Notes: generated from the sequence alone by a model not told the origin. DNA of 32,412 nucleotides from Thermoanaerobaculia bacterium (GCA_039919545.1 JBDSFL010000567.1:1-32412), one strand, 5' to 3'; positions 16,347 to 24,672 are shown, counted from the first letter of the stretch. A program made the numbers and translations.

Positions 16347-17253
16347 GATCAGGTCTCCCTTTTGTGTTCTCGAACGTGCGCCACAGGTATTCCCCCAGGA
16401 TTCCGATTCCAAGCGAGTTGAGGCCGCCGAAGAACATGACCGTGAGGACCGTCGCGGTGTAACCAGGCACCTGGATCCGGCCGTCGATGCGCGCAATCAG
16501 GACGACGGCTCCGAAGATGAGCGAGAGCGTGATCCCCGAGAACCCGAAAAAGCTGAGAAGCCGGATGGGAAGATCCGAGAACGCGAAACAGCTATCCAGC
16601 AGGTAGCGAACTTTCCTTCGGAACGACCACCCGCTCTCGCCGTGCTTCCTGGGCCGCCGGGAATAGGGAATCTCGAGCCGGCGAAAGCCCAGCCAAAATA
16701 TCAATCCCACGAGCGTGGAGTTTCTTTCGCTCAGGGCGAGAAGCTGGTCTCTGAACCGGAGGGTACAGCCGAAGACGTCCACTCCCCCCCGCGGGACGTC
16801 GCGCTGCACGAACGCCCGGTACAGCCCCCAGAACGCACGCGAGAACAGACGGTCGAAAAGCGGATCGGAGCGAGAGTCCCGTCGTCCCACGGCGACGTCA
16901 CAGAGCCCCCCCTGGAGAGCATCGAAGAAAGCGACGATGAGCTCAGGCGGCTCCTGGAGATCGGCCGCCATGACGGCGAAGTGTTCGCCGCGTCCCGCCG
17001 CCAAGCCGGCGCGAATCGCCGAGAAGGAGCCGAAATTGCGGCTCAGAACGAGGAGCCTCGAACGGAATGCCGCGTCAGGCAGCACCCTTCGAAGGCATTC
17101 GAGGCTTCGATCGGGGCTCCCGTCCACCACGAACACCACCTCGAAGGCCTTTCCGAGCGCGGTATTCAGCTCCTCGAGCGCCTGGACCAGATCCGGTATG
17201 GAAGCCTCGTTCCGGTAGACGGGGATCACCAGGGAGAGGGTCAACCCCGCCAC
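16285..17253 (-). CDS. Polyprenyl-phosphate glycosyltransferase, GT2 (GtrB/ArnC/DPM1-like) with C-terminal TM helices
   Basis: This is the ORF 16285..17487. No ATG lies near the domain start. The start is either GTG 17253 or TTG 17244 (a TTGA overlap with the aminotransferase stop). The sequence reads LSLVIPVYRNEASIPDLV...VVFVVDGSPDRS...RNFGSFSAIRAGL...MAADLQEPPE. Two C-terminal TM helices follow, ending GILGEYLWRTFENTKGRP, which is a hallmark of the GtrB/ArnC family. Confidence 0.8.
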   Translation of the reverse strand: MAGLTLSLVIPVYRNEASIPDLVQALEELNTALGKAFEVVFVVDGSPDRSLECLRRVLPDAAFRSRLLVLSRNFGSFSAIRAGLAAGRGEHFAVMAADLQEPPELIVAFFDALQGGLCDVAVGRRDSRSDPLFDRLFSRAFWGLYRAFVQRDVPRGGVDVFGCTLRFRDQLLALSERNSTLVGLIFWLGFRRLEIPYSRRPRKHGESGWSFRRKVRYLLDSCFAFSDLPIRLLSFFGFSGITLSLIFGAVVLIARIDGRIQVPGYTATVLTVMFFGGLNSLGIGILGEYLWRTFENTKGRPDHVVISSDEFSGAAGVSSRRG

Positions 17254-18356
17254 TCGTTTGCCGCCTGCACGACCCTTTCCACATCCTCCTCCGACAGGAA
17301 AGGATGAATCGGCAGAGAGACTTCCCCGTCGGCGAAGGATGTCGCGTTCTCGAGCGCTCCATGAATCTCCTTCGCGGCGCCACCGAGCGCCTTCTGTGCC
17401 GGGATGAGCCGCGGATAGTGGATGCCCGTCAGGATCTCGGCTCCCGCCAGATGCGTCCGGAAGGCTTCCCGCCGCGCCGGCTCGCAAAGGACTGGGAAAA
17501 GGTGCCAGGTCGAATCGGAGCCTGCCGGAGCTCCGATCACATTCAGCGCCCCTTTACGAATGCTGGAGCTGTAACGCGCCGCGATCTCACGTCTCCGGGC
17601 GATCCAGCGATCGAGGCGAGGCAGCAACACATCGGTGAGAATGGCCGCCTGCACCTCGTCGAGCCGGCTATTCAGGCCCTCGACATCATGAACATACGTC
17701 GCCGACTGACCGTAGTTCCTGAGCGCGCGGGCCCGCTGCGCGAGAGATGAGTCAGCGGTCAGAAGAGCGCCTCCATCTCCGAGCGCGCCGAGATTCTTCG
17801 TTGGATAGAAGCTCGTTGCCGCGACCTGGCCGACGCTTCCCACAGTGCGGCCGCCGAAGCGGGCTCCGATGGCCTGAGCGCAGTCCTCCACGATCGAGAG
17901 ACCAAATTCGAGCCTCAGGGTTTCGAGCTGCTGAAGGTCCATGGCGTGCCCGAAGAGATGCACGGGCACCAGAAAGCGAATCGTGCGATCCAGGGTCAAG
18001 ACCTCTCGACAGGCGGACAGATCCAGCAAGCCGAATCGGTCGGTATCGACGAAGACGGGAATACCGCCACACCGGCAGATCGCCAGCGTGGTGGCGAAGG
18101 CGCTGAGCGGCGTCGTGAGCACCTTGTCCCCGGGACGCAGGCCGAGGCAACGGAGCCCGATCTCGATGGCATCGAGGCCGTTCCCGACACCGACGGCGTG
18201 CGGGATGCCCCACCAACCGGCGAGGGTTGTTTCCAGTCGTTCGACCTCGCGACCCAGGATGTACCAGCCGCTCGCGCCAACGCGCCCGAAAGCGGCCGCG
18301 GCTTCCTCGCCGATCTCCGCCCACTGGGAGCGAAAGTCATTCAACAGAACGGTCAC
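17241..18356 (-). CDS. DegT/DnrJ/EryC1/StrS-family PLP-dependent sugar aminotransferase (FdtB/QdtB-like)
   Basis: This is the ORF 17241..18575. I start at GTG 18356 (VTVLLNDFRSQWAEIGEE...), preceded by AGAGGGA, which gives a protein of typical length (371 aa). The sequence reads ASGWYILGREVERLE...HAVGVGNGLDAIEIGL, with the PLP-Lys context ATSFYPTKNLGALGDGGALLT. Confidence 0.88.
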   Translation of the reverse strand: MTVLLNDFRSQWAEIGEEAAAAFGRVGASGWYILGREVERLETTLAGWWGIPHAVGVGNGLDAIEIGLRCLGLRPGDKVLTTPLSAFATTLAICRCGGIPVFVDTDRFGLLDLSACREVLTLDRTIRFLVPVHLFGHAMDLQQLETLRLEFGLSIVEDCAQAIGARFGGRTVGSVGQVAATSFYPTKNLGALGDGGALLTADSSLAQRARALRNYGQSATYVHDVEGLNSRLDEVQAAILTDVLLPRLDRWIARRREIAARYSSSIRKGALNVIGAPAGSDSTWHLFPVLCEPARREAFRTHLAGAEILTGIHYPRLIPAQKALGGAAKEIHGALENATSFADGEVSLPIHPFLSEEDVERVVQAANEWRG

Positions 18357-18566
18357 GATTTCCCTCTGACATTCCTCATCGATGCTCTGGATGTTAGCCC
18401 GTGCTGCGGTGTGGTTCGAAAAGCCGAGGAACCTATCCGGGTGATCGCGGGAAAGCGCGCATGGGCGCGCGCGAGACGTAAGGCGTGATAGCGCCTGCAT
18501 GGCTCGAGGCCCGGCGAGTTCTCCGCGTGGTAATTTCGAGCCACCCTCATGGTGATCGGAGAGTCC

Positions 18567-20618
18567 ATGGCCCAAGCGCGACCCTCAAAGCTGAAAAAGT
18601 TGCAGCCCGATGCCCCTCCCGAGACAAAGAGTTCCGCGCCGCATCTTGGCTGGATTGCATTTTCCGCCGTTGCCCTGGGATTGCTTCTCTACTACCGGAC
18701 GTTCGGGGCGTCGTACGCTTACGACGACATCGATTACCTGAACGAGGCGGCCGAAACGCTCTCGGGACGCCCGGGGTTCTGGTCCTCTCTTTTTCGCCCG
18801 CACCAGGGCCACATCGTGCCCGCGCTCCGAGCGCTCTTCACGCTCAACACGTGGCTGTTCGGCACCAATGCGCTTGCGTTCAGGCTCCTCATCTTCGCGT
18901 CTCATATCGGCACGGCGTTTCTTCTCGCCCTGATTGCGCGAAAGCTGTGTCCCTCTCGATGGGCCGCACCAGCGGCTGCCCTCGCCTACGTGCTCCCCGC
19001 AGGGCTGTCCTCGATGTATCTCTGGTTCCCGACCGCAGGCGGACCGCCCCTCGGGCTCGTCTGCTTCTCGGGCGCCCTGGCTGCCGTGGTCTTTCGACGA
19101 GAGCTCGGGCCCCGGCTGTCCCGTGCGCTCGCGATCCTCGGCATCCTTCTCACGCTTTCCTTCGAGAGCGCCCTCTTGCCCATGATCTTCCCCATTGCCT
19201 TCGTGGACGAGGTGGAACGCCGACGCGAGGTAAAGCCCCGGAGTCCTGCTGGCCTCATCAGTCTCTTCTGTCTCATCCTGGGAGTGTTGACGGTCGCAAT
19301 CGCTTCCGGCGCCTACACGCAATCCACAAGTCTCGGTGTGACGTTTCATCCCCTCGCCGCCGTCGAAAGAGCCGTGTTCCTCGTGCTCGTGGCCCCTTTC
19401 CGGCTCGTCTTCCCTGGCCTGCTTCTCGTGCGTCCCGCCGGAGCGAGCGAGCTTTTTCCGTTTCGCGCGTGCCTCTTCGGCCTGTTCCTGACCTTGCTGG
19501 GGTCGGCATTCGCCGCCGCGGTCTTGCGGAAAAAGGCGCTTCCCCTCGCCGTTCTCTCCGGCATCACCCTCACCGGCCCCCTGGGTTTCATCCTGCTGGT
19601 CGCCATCGGGCGCTGGGACGTGCGCTACCAGGATCTGTACGACGCGGACCGCTATTTCTTTCCACTCCTGATTCCGCTTTCGCTCCTTGCTGGTGCGGTG
19701 ACGGGCAGCATTCCAGAGGCACTGAAAACCTGGTCGACCACGCGCCAGCGCGTCGTCGTCATCCTCGCTCTCGCTGCTGTTCTCGTCGAGCTGCGCTTTC
19801 ACCAGCGGGCCCTGATCGAACGGGTCCCGTTCGAGGTCTATCAACAGCACGCACGGCGCTTCCAGCAGCTTTCGGAACTCGGGCGGCTCCTCTCGGAAGC
19901 AGCGGATCAGCTGCCCGAGGGAGCGCCGCCGCTCCGTGTTCCCGATGCCTCGCTGTTCTTCGAGGAAGTACACAACCACCGGATCTCGACCCGCTTGCTG
20001 CTCTTCCTGTCGACCCGGCCTCGGTCTCCCCGGCTGCAGCTCGGAGCCCTTCACGTGGACGCTCGCGATCAGAGCCTTCTGAACCCGGTGCTGGACCGGT
20101 GGGCGTCGGGGATCGGCGAACCTACGCCATACTTTTCGGTGATCGACGGCGAGCTGCGGAACGCACGCGAACAAGGCACGGTGAGGTTCGGGCTCGGGCC
20201 CGCCGACGCTTCCGTGAACAACGGCTTCTACGGCTGGGAGAATGAGTACCGCTGGATGGCAGGCGAGGGAGACCTGAATGTGGTCGCGACCTCCGAGCGC
20301 CTGACCCTGGTGCTCGGCACGCCGCTCTCTTCGATCCTCAAGGCGAGGCCCGAATGGACCTCGATTCCCGTCACGGTGACCGTGATCAACAAAACCAGCG
20401 GAGAGGTGAACGCCGTCGGCACCATCCAGGTGCGACAGGATGGGATTCACCCCTACGAGCTGAAGCTGCCGGAGGGGCTTGCGTCGTCGTTGAAGAATCG
20501 TCCCGTGCGTCTGATCCTCAGGGCGGAGCACACCTGGCGTCCAGTGGATGTAATACCCGGCTCACGGGACGACCGAACCCTGAGCGTTCAGGTCTATGAG
20601 GCCGGTTTCAGACCCTGA
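18567..20618 (+). CDS. GT-C-like membrane glycosyltransferase candidate with a soluble C-terminal domain of about 230 aa
   Basis: The track ORF is 18549..20618. ATG 18567 has GGAGAG 3 nt upstream. The first-loop acidic motif is GASYAYDDIDYLNEAAE, and many hydrophobic segments are present. The C-terminal domain reads FYGWENEYRWMAGEGDLNVV...RPVDVIPGSRDDRTLSVQVYEAGF. It is divergent from the aminotransferase operon. Confidence 0.72.
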   Translation: MAQARPSKLKKLQPDAPPETKSSAPHLGWIAFSAVALGLLLYYRTFGASYAYDDIDYLNEAAETLSGRPGFWSSLFRPHQGHIVPALRALFTLNTWLFGTNALAFRLLIFASHIGTAFLLALIARKLCPSRWAAPAAALAYVLPAGLSSMYLWFPTAGGPPLGLVCFSGALAAVVFRRELGPRLSRALAILGILLTLSFESALLPMIFPIAFVDEVERRREVKPRSPAGLISLFCLILGVLTVAIASGAYTQSTSLGVTFHPLAAVERAVFLVLVAPFRLVFPGLLLVRPAGASELFPFRACLFGLFLTLLGSAFAAAVLRKKALPLAVLSGITLTGPLGFILLVAIGRWDVRYQDLYDADRYFFPLLIPLSLLAGAVTGSIPEALKTWSTTRQRVVVILALAAVLVELRFHQRALIERVPFEVYQQHARRFQQLSELGRLLSEAADQLPEGAPPLRVPDASLFFEEVHNHRISTRLLLFLSTRPRSPRLQLGALHVDARDQSLLNPVLDRWASGIGEPTPYFSVIDGELRNAREQGTVRFGLGPADASVNNGFYGWENEYRWMAGEGDLNVVATSERLTLVLGTPLSSILKARPEWTSIPVTVTVINKTSGEVNAVGTIQVRQDGIHPYELKLPEGLASSLKNRPVRLILRAEHTWRPVDVIPGSRDDRTLSVQVYEAGFRP

Positions 20619-20630
20619 CCACGACATCTC

Positions 20631-22544
20631 TCATTGGAAATACCCGTTCACGTCCAGGATGAGGTGTACCGCGGCGGGTGAGACGTTTGCGAACGTAACG
20701 GCGCCCGACCCGTCGAGGGGAAGCGCCGTCAATCCGTTGTTCGCGCGCGTGATGCCTGCCGAGAAGCTCAACGAGCTGGCCGTGGGACGCAGAGTGCCCA
20801 GATAGATGCTGATGAAACCGGCTCCACCGGGGCCGGTGACGGCCGCGTTGAAGCTGACGCCTCGAGCAGTCGCCGGCACGCTGCACCGGTTGGTGAGCGT
20901 GAAGGCTCGAGCTTCGTTCGCTGAGAGCGCTGGGCCGCCGATGGCGCCGGGGCTGATTCCCCGGGTATCGATCAGCCGACACGGCGTCAACGCATAGAAC
21001 CGCGTCGCCGTCGCACAGTTCGGAGTTCCGGGGACGACGCCACGATGGAGCTCATCGTGCTGGAACATTCCCCAGGGCACGGGGAGTGTGGGTGCTTTCG
21101 GGTTCCAGACCCAGACGCCGGTCGCGCCTGCCGTGGCCGAGGGTGCGATGGCCACCACGTCGATGCTGGTGGCGGAATTATCCAGAGTGCCTACGGCGAT
21201 GTTGTAGAGCGAGCCCGAGACCCCGAACGTGAATCCCCCAACGGGGTGAGAGCCGTTGTCGGTGAGCTGCACTCCCGTGCTCGAAATCACGCAGATTTCC
21301 CCGTTCGTCGGAATGAGGATTTCCGGCGAGGAATTCCCGAGGACGTCGCCCACCATGGGGTCCCCCGCGCTCAGATTCGCAGCGAAGTAATCCCTGATCA
21401 CCACCGGAGCGAACAGCGGAGCGCCGCTCCCACGGATCGCGTAGCAGCGCCGCAGCTGGTCAGGACCCGAGTTGTCGTCCGTGACGACGACTTCCGGCAC
21501 GCCGTCTCCATTCAGGTCTGCGAGCGCGGGTGCCATCACCACCTGGCCGAGGACGCTCACGGGCCAGCCGGAAACGGCCGTGCCGTCGCAATGAAAGGCG
21601 TAGACGGCATGCACCCGGCTTGGCCAGAAGCCTCCCGTTCCGACCACGATCTCCGGCTTCCCGTCGCCGTCGATGTCTCCGACCGCCGGTGAGCTGGTGA
21701 TTACTTGATCGAGGAACTTCGGAAAGCCGCCGAAGTTCGTCCCGTCGGCACGAACGACGTAGAGGCCTCCGCCGTCAGGTGTACTGATCGGAGCCGCCTG
21801 GAAGTGCTGATCGGAGCCGACGATGATTTCCAGTCTGCCATCGCCGTCGAGGTCGAAGAGGGCTGGTGACGACCAGATCGTGTCGTAGGTTCTGTAGGGA
21901 AAGCCCGGCTTTTCGGCGCCGGTTCCGGCGTCCGAAACATGAATGAATTCATCGAAACCGGTCCAGACGACTTCGTTCTTGCCGTCCCCGTCGAGATCGC
22001 CGATCGCGGGCGCCGTGACGATCGGGGCTGTCGCCCCGACAAAGGTGCCGGAAAGCCTCTCCCAGAGGAGATTTCCCGCAGTGTCGTAGGCGCGGAGACC
22101 GCCCCCGTTGACGTTAGAGCCGTTGTTCGAGCCATACCCGATGATGATCGCCGTCACGACAGAGCCTCCGGCCAGAGTGACCGGACCGACGGCGGGCGTG
22201 CTGACGACCTCTCGCGGAAGGGTCTTGGGGAAGCTAGCCGCAGCGGTTCCGTCGTATTTCACGACATACAGTCGACCGGCGGTTCCGGATGGCCCCGACG
22301 TGCCGAAGACGAGGGATTTGTGGCCAGGAGTGAGGCCGAGCTCCGCAAACACGACGTGTCCGAAGGAAGTGCCTCCCCCCGGGAGGACCAGACCGGTCGA
22401 GGGAAAACCCGCTCGGTACGTGCCGGGAGGAGGGCAGGGCTGACCGATCGGGACACATTGCGCGCCCGCATCGGATTCGATGCCGGCCATGAAAACCAAG
22501 AGGAGGAAAGATGAAAATCGACTTCTTGGACCAAGATGATTCAT
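20631..22544 (-). CDS. Secreted FG-GAP/VCBS-repeat beta-propeller protein carrying the shared C-terminal module
   Basis: This is the ORF 20631..23447, but its 5' part overlaps the upstream GT-C gene. The real start is ATG 22544 (MNHLGPRSRFSSFLLLVFMAG...GAQ signal), with GGGAGAG 6 nt upstream. The repeats are IGDLDGDGKNEVV, LFDLDGDGRLEIIVG, VGDIDGDGKPEIVVG and LADLNGDGVPEVVV. The protein ends ...HLILDVNGYFQ-stop. Confidence 0.85.
   Translation of the reverse strand: MNHLGPRSRFSSFLLLVFMAGIESDAGAQCVPIGQPCPPPGTYRAGFPSTGLVLPGGGTSFGHVVFAELGLTPGHKSLVFGTSGPSGTAGRLYVVKYDGTAAASFPKTLPREVVSTPAVGPVTLAGGSVVTAIIIGYGSNNGSNVNGGGLRAYDTAGNLLWERLSGTFVGATAPIVTAPAIGDLDGDGKNEVVWTGFDEFIHVSDAGTGAEKPGFPYRTYDTIWSSPALFDLDGDGRLEIIVGSDQHFQAAPISTPDGGGLYVVRADGTNFGGFPKFLDQVITSSPAVGDIDGDGKPEIVVGTGGFWPSRVHAVYAFHCDGTAVSGWPVSVLGQVVMAPALADLNGDGVPEVVVTDDNSGPDQLRRCYAIRGSGAPLFAPVVIRDYFAANLSAGDPMVGDVLGNSSPEILIPTNGEICVISSTGVQLTDNGSHPVGGFTFGVSGSLYNIAVGTLDNSATSIDVVAIAPSATAGATGVWVWNPKAPTLPVPWGMFQHDELHRGVVPGTPNCATATRFYALTPCRLIDTRGISPGAIGGPALSANEARAFTLTNRCSVPATARGVSFNAAVTGPGGAGFISIYLGTLRPTASSLSFSAGITRANNGLTALPLDGSGAVTFANVSPAAVHLILDVNGYFQ
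20634..21002 (-). other. Shared C-terminal two-Cys module, copy 1 (123 aa)
   Basis: RFYALTPCRLIDTRG...GGPALSANEARAFTLTNRCSVPATARGVSFNAAVT...SAGITRANNG...HLILDVNGYFQ-stop. Confidence 0.8.
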
Positions 22545-22582
22545 ATGAAGCTCTCCCACCAGCCTAGCAGGTCCGCCGGCCG

Positions 22583-24613
22583 TTAGCTGCGATTCCCAGG
22601 CCTCACCGACACGCTCATCACGTTCGGTGTCCCCGTTTCGTTTCCGAACCACGCGACCATCTCCTGAACGAGATCGTAGGTGACGACGTAGGTACCGGGC
22701 TCGACGGGCGCTCGGATCGGAAACTCCGCGCGGAAGGACTGACCCGGTTCGATCCGTCCGGGCAGAAAGAATCGCACCGGCGACTCGACCGGAGCTCCGG
22801 CGATATCCGTTCGTGTCCACCGGTGCCCGACGTGAACCGGCGCCATCCAGGAGCAGGGGCTCGCGTTCGTGACCTCGAAGGAAACCTGCACGGTCTCGCC
22901 GCCGGCGACCGTGTGGGGGTGCCGAATGGTCTTCCACCATGCGGCATGGCCTACGGAGGGTAGCGGGATGGATCTCACGTTTCGAAGGAGCGCCAGCGTT
23001 CCCGGCTCGAGATCGCTGAAAATCGAAAATGCTCCCGCGGACGTCATCCGATACCTTTTCCGGTGTTCGACGAGGTAATCCTCGAAACAATTCGAACGAG
23101 GAGAGAGAAGAACCAAGGCGGGGTTCACAGCCCCATCGACCTCGCGTTCGTAGACCTCCTGCCTCACGATGTCCTCTCCCCGGAGCGGTGTCGCGATGAT
23201 CGACTCGAGTGTCTCGAATGACACCCGGTACGCCGTCCAGTAGCTTGCGTAGATTCGATCGATGCGCTCGGCCTTCAGCTTGGAAACCAGCTGATTCAAC
23301 GAGCCTGTCACTTCTCCGTCCGCCACGACGGTCGTGTGCGTACGCGCCCCAGACAGGCCCGCCGCATGGGTTGCCAGAATTCCCACGAATGCGACGCGTG
23401 AGATCGCCGAAAAGCGGTCGTGTGCTGTCGCCCTCCCCAACGCGCATCCGATGAGCGGGGGCAGGATTGCATAGAGCGTCACCAGAAACCGAGGTTCCGT
23501 TGGCGCGAACCGCCTCGACGCCGCACCCGCGACCAGGACGAAGAGCCCCGCCAGAACAAAAAGCAAGATTCTTGGATCACGGCGGAAGGGCCTTGCCGCA
23601 AGGGGGGCGAGGGCAACCAGCAGCAGCAAACCGACGATCGGCCAGGCTCCCGGATACGCCATCAGCCGGTCGCTGAACGGCTGCGAGGCACCCAGCAGAA
23701 CCGCGAGCGATTTCCGGAGCACAAGGCCCAGATTCGACAGGAGCCCCGCCCCGCCGGCGAGCCCCACATCGGGAGACGAAAGGCTCATCCATCGGTGCCC
23801 GGCATTCCAGTACCACCACGGACCCGATCCGACGATCGCGCCACAGCCCAGCGCCAACGCGGAAGCACCAAAGGGTTTCAGGTATCCGCAAAGCAGGAGC
23901 CACAACAAGGCAGCGGCGACCACGGGAGGCGAGATGGGAGTGACCCAGAGTCCGATGCCCGCCAGCAACCCGAACACGCTCAAAGGAAGCACCGAAGCCT
24001 TCACGCGGGACGCCCGGCTCTTCTGCCAGAGCGCAGCCGACAGGAGCCCCAGCGCGATGAGCTGAGCCGAAGCATAGTGGCCATCGGAGGTGGTGCCCTT
24101 GTAAAGGAAGAACGCGGGAGGAAGCGCCAGGTACGCCGTCCCGAAAAACGCGGCTCTGGCCCCGAACGTACGACGCGTCAGCTCCCAGACGCCGAGGACG
24201 ATGAGGAAGACCAGGAACACCATCGCCCCGCGATAGGTCGTCATCGAACCGCCGAATACCCGGAATACGACAGCAAGATAGTGGGCTTCCAGGCTTCCCG
24301 CGTACGTCGATCCGTAATAGAAGATCGGATGTCCCTTCCCGTGAAGAATGTCGAGCGCCATCAATCCGACGATCGCCTGATCCGAGGTCTCGGGGATCCG
24401 GTGCGTCGTGAGCACCCACGTGACACTTCCCGAGAACATCAGGATCAAGGCGAGGGCAGCCGCGGTCATCCAGCGACGGCTCGGAGATGGCACCAGGGAA
24501 TCAACCGCTGGTCGTGTTCCTGATTTTGTCTCGATGAGCTCGGTCGCGAGGGGGTGGGGTTTTCTCGTCAACATGGGAACCGTGAGTCGCAGAGCCTCGA
24601 CGGGCTGCAGCAC
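22583..24613 (-). CDS. GT-C glycosyltransferase (GT39/ArnT-like) fused to a C-terminal Ig-like domain (LVxExVxWF family, copy C)
   Basis: 676 aa. The start is GTG 24613, with ATG 24574 as an alternative. The first loop reads RIPETSDQAIVGLMALDILHGKGHPIFYYGSTYAGSLE, and many TM segments follow. The C-terminus (about 22586-22960) reads ...VQVSFEVTNASPCSWMAPVHVGHRWT...LPGRIEPGQSFRAEFPIRAPVEPGTYVVTYDLVQEMVAWFGNETG. Confidence 0.8.
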   Translation of the reverse strand: MLQPVEALRLTVPMLTRKPHPLATELIETKSGTRPAVDSLVPSPSRRWMTAAALALILMFSGSVTWVLTTHRIPETSDQAIVGLMALDILHGKGHPIFYYGSTYAGSLEAHYLAVVFRVFGGSMTTYRGAMVFLVFLIVLGVWELTRRTFGARAAFFGTAYLALPPAFFLYKGTTSDGHYASAQLIALGLLSAALWQKSRASRVKASVLPLSVFGLLAGIGLWVTPISPPVVAAALLWLLLCGYLKPFGASALALGCGAIVGSGPWWYWNAGHRWMSLSSPDVGLAGGAGLLSNLGLVLRKSLAVLLGASQPFSDRLMAYPGAWPIVGLLLLVALAPLAARPFRRDPRILLFVLAGLFVLVAGAASRRFAPTEPRFLVTLYAILPPLIGCALGRATAHDRFSAISRVAFVGILATHAAGLSGARTHTTVVADGEVTGSLNQLVSKLKAERIDRIYASYWTAYRVSFETLESIIATPLRGEDIVRQEVYEREVDGAVNPALVLLSPRSNCFEDYLVEHRKRYRMTSAGAFSIFSDLEPGTLALLRNVRSIPLPSVGHAAWWKTIRHPHTVAGGETVQVSFEVTNASPCSWMAPVHVGHRWTRTDIAGAPVESPVRFFLPGRIEPGQSFRAEFPIRAPVEPGTYVVTYDLVQEMVAWFGNETGTPNVMSVSVRPGNRS

Positions 24614-24615
24614 CC

Positions 24616-24652
24616 GTCCCGCCGCGCTCGACTCGAACGAACGCAGCGGGAC
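24616..24652 (-). promoter_or_regulatory. Intercistronic stem-loop immediately 5' of the GT-C start codon
   Basis: The minus-strand RNA is GUCCCGC-U-GCG [15-nt loop] CGC-G-GCGGGAC. This gives an 11-bp stem that includes one G-U pair. The 3' arm carries the only purine-rich SD-like element (GGGAC) and ends 2 nt before GTG 24613. The stem starts 20 nt after the stop of the upstream gene. No U-tract follows. Confidence 0.35.
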
Positions 24653-24672
24653 GACTGATTACTGACCTTGAT

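Noticed and set aside
17254-17487. A 5' extension of the GtrB-like GT2 ORF, and similarly 18357-18575 for the aminotransferase
   Set aside because: The extensions overlap the upstream gene or the divergent promoter region and precede the conserved N-termini of the families. GTG/TTG starts at 17253/17244 and GTG 18356 give proteins of typical length.
22545-23447. A 5' extension of the FG-GAP ORF (938-aa version)
   Set aside because: It overlaps the C-terminal Ig-like domain of the upstream GT-C gene in another frame. The internal ATG 22544 has an SD and gives a proper signal peptide.
1771-24613. Calling any of the GT-C proteins an STT3/PglB-type N-oligosaccharyltransferase because of the N-x-T triplets in the module
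   Set aside because: None of the four proteins has a WWDxG motif. Conserved N-x-T in this module may be purely structural.
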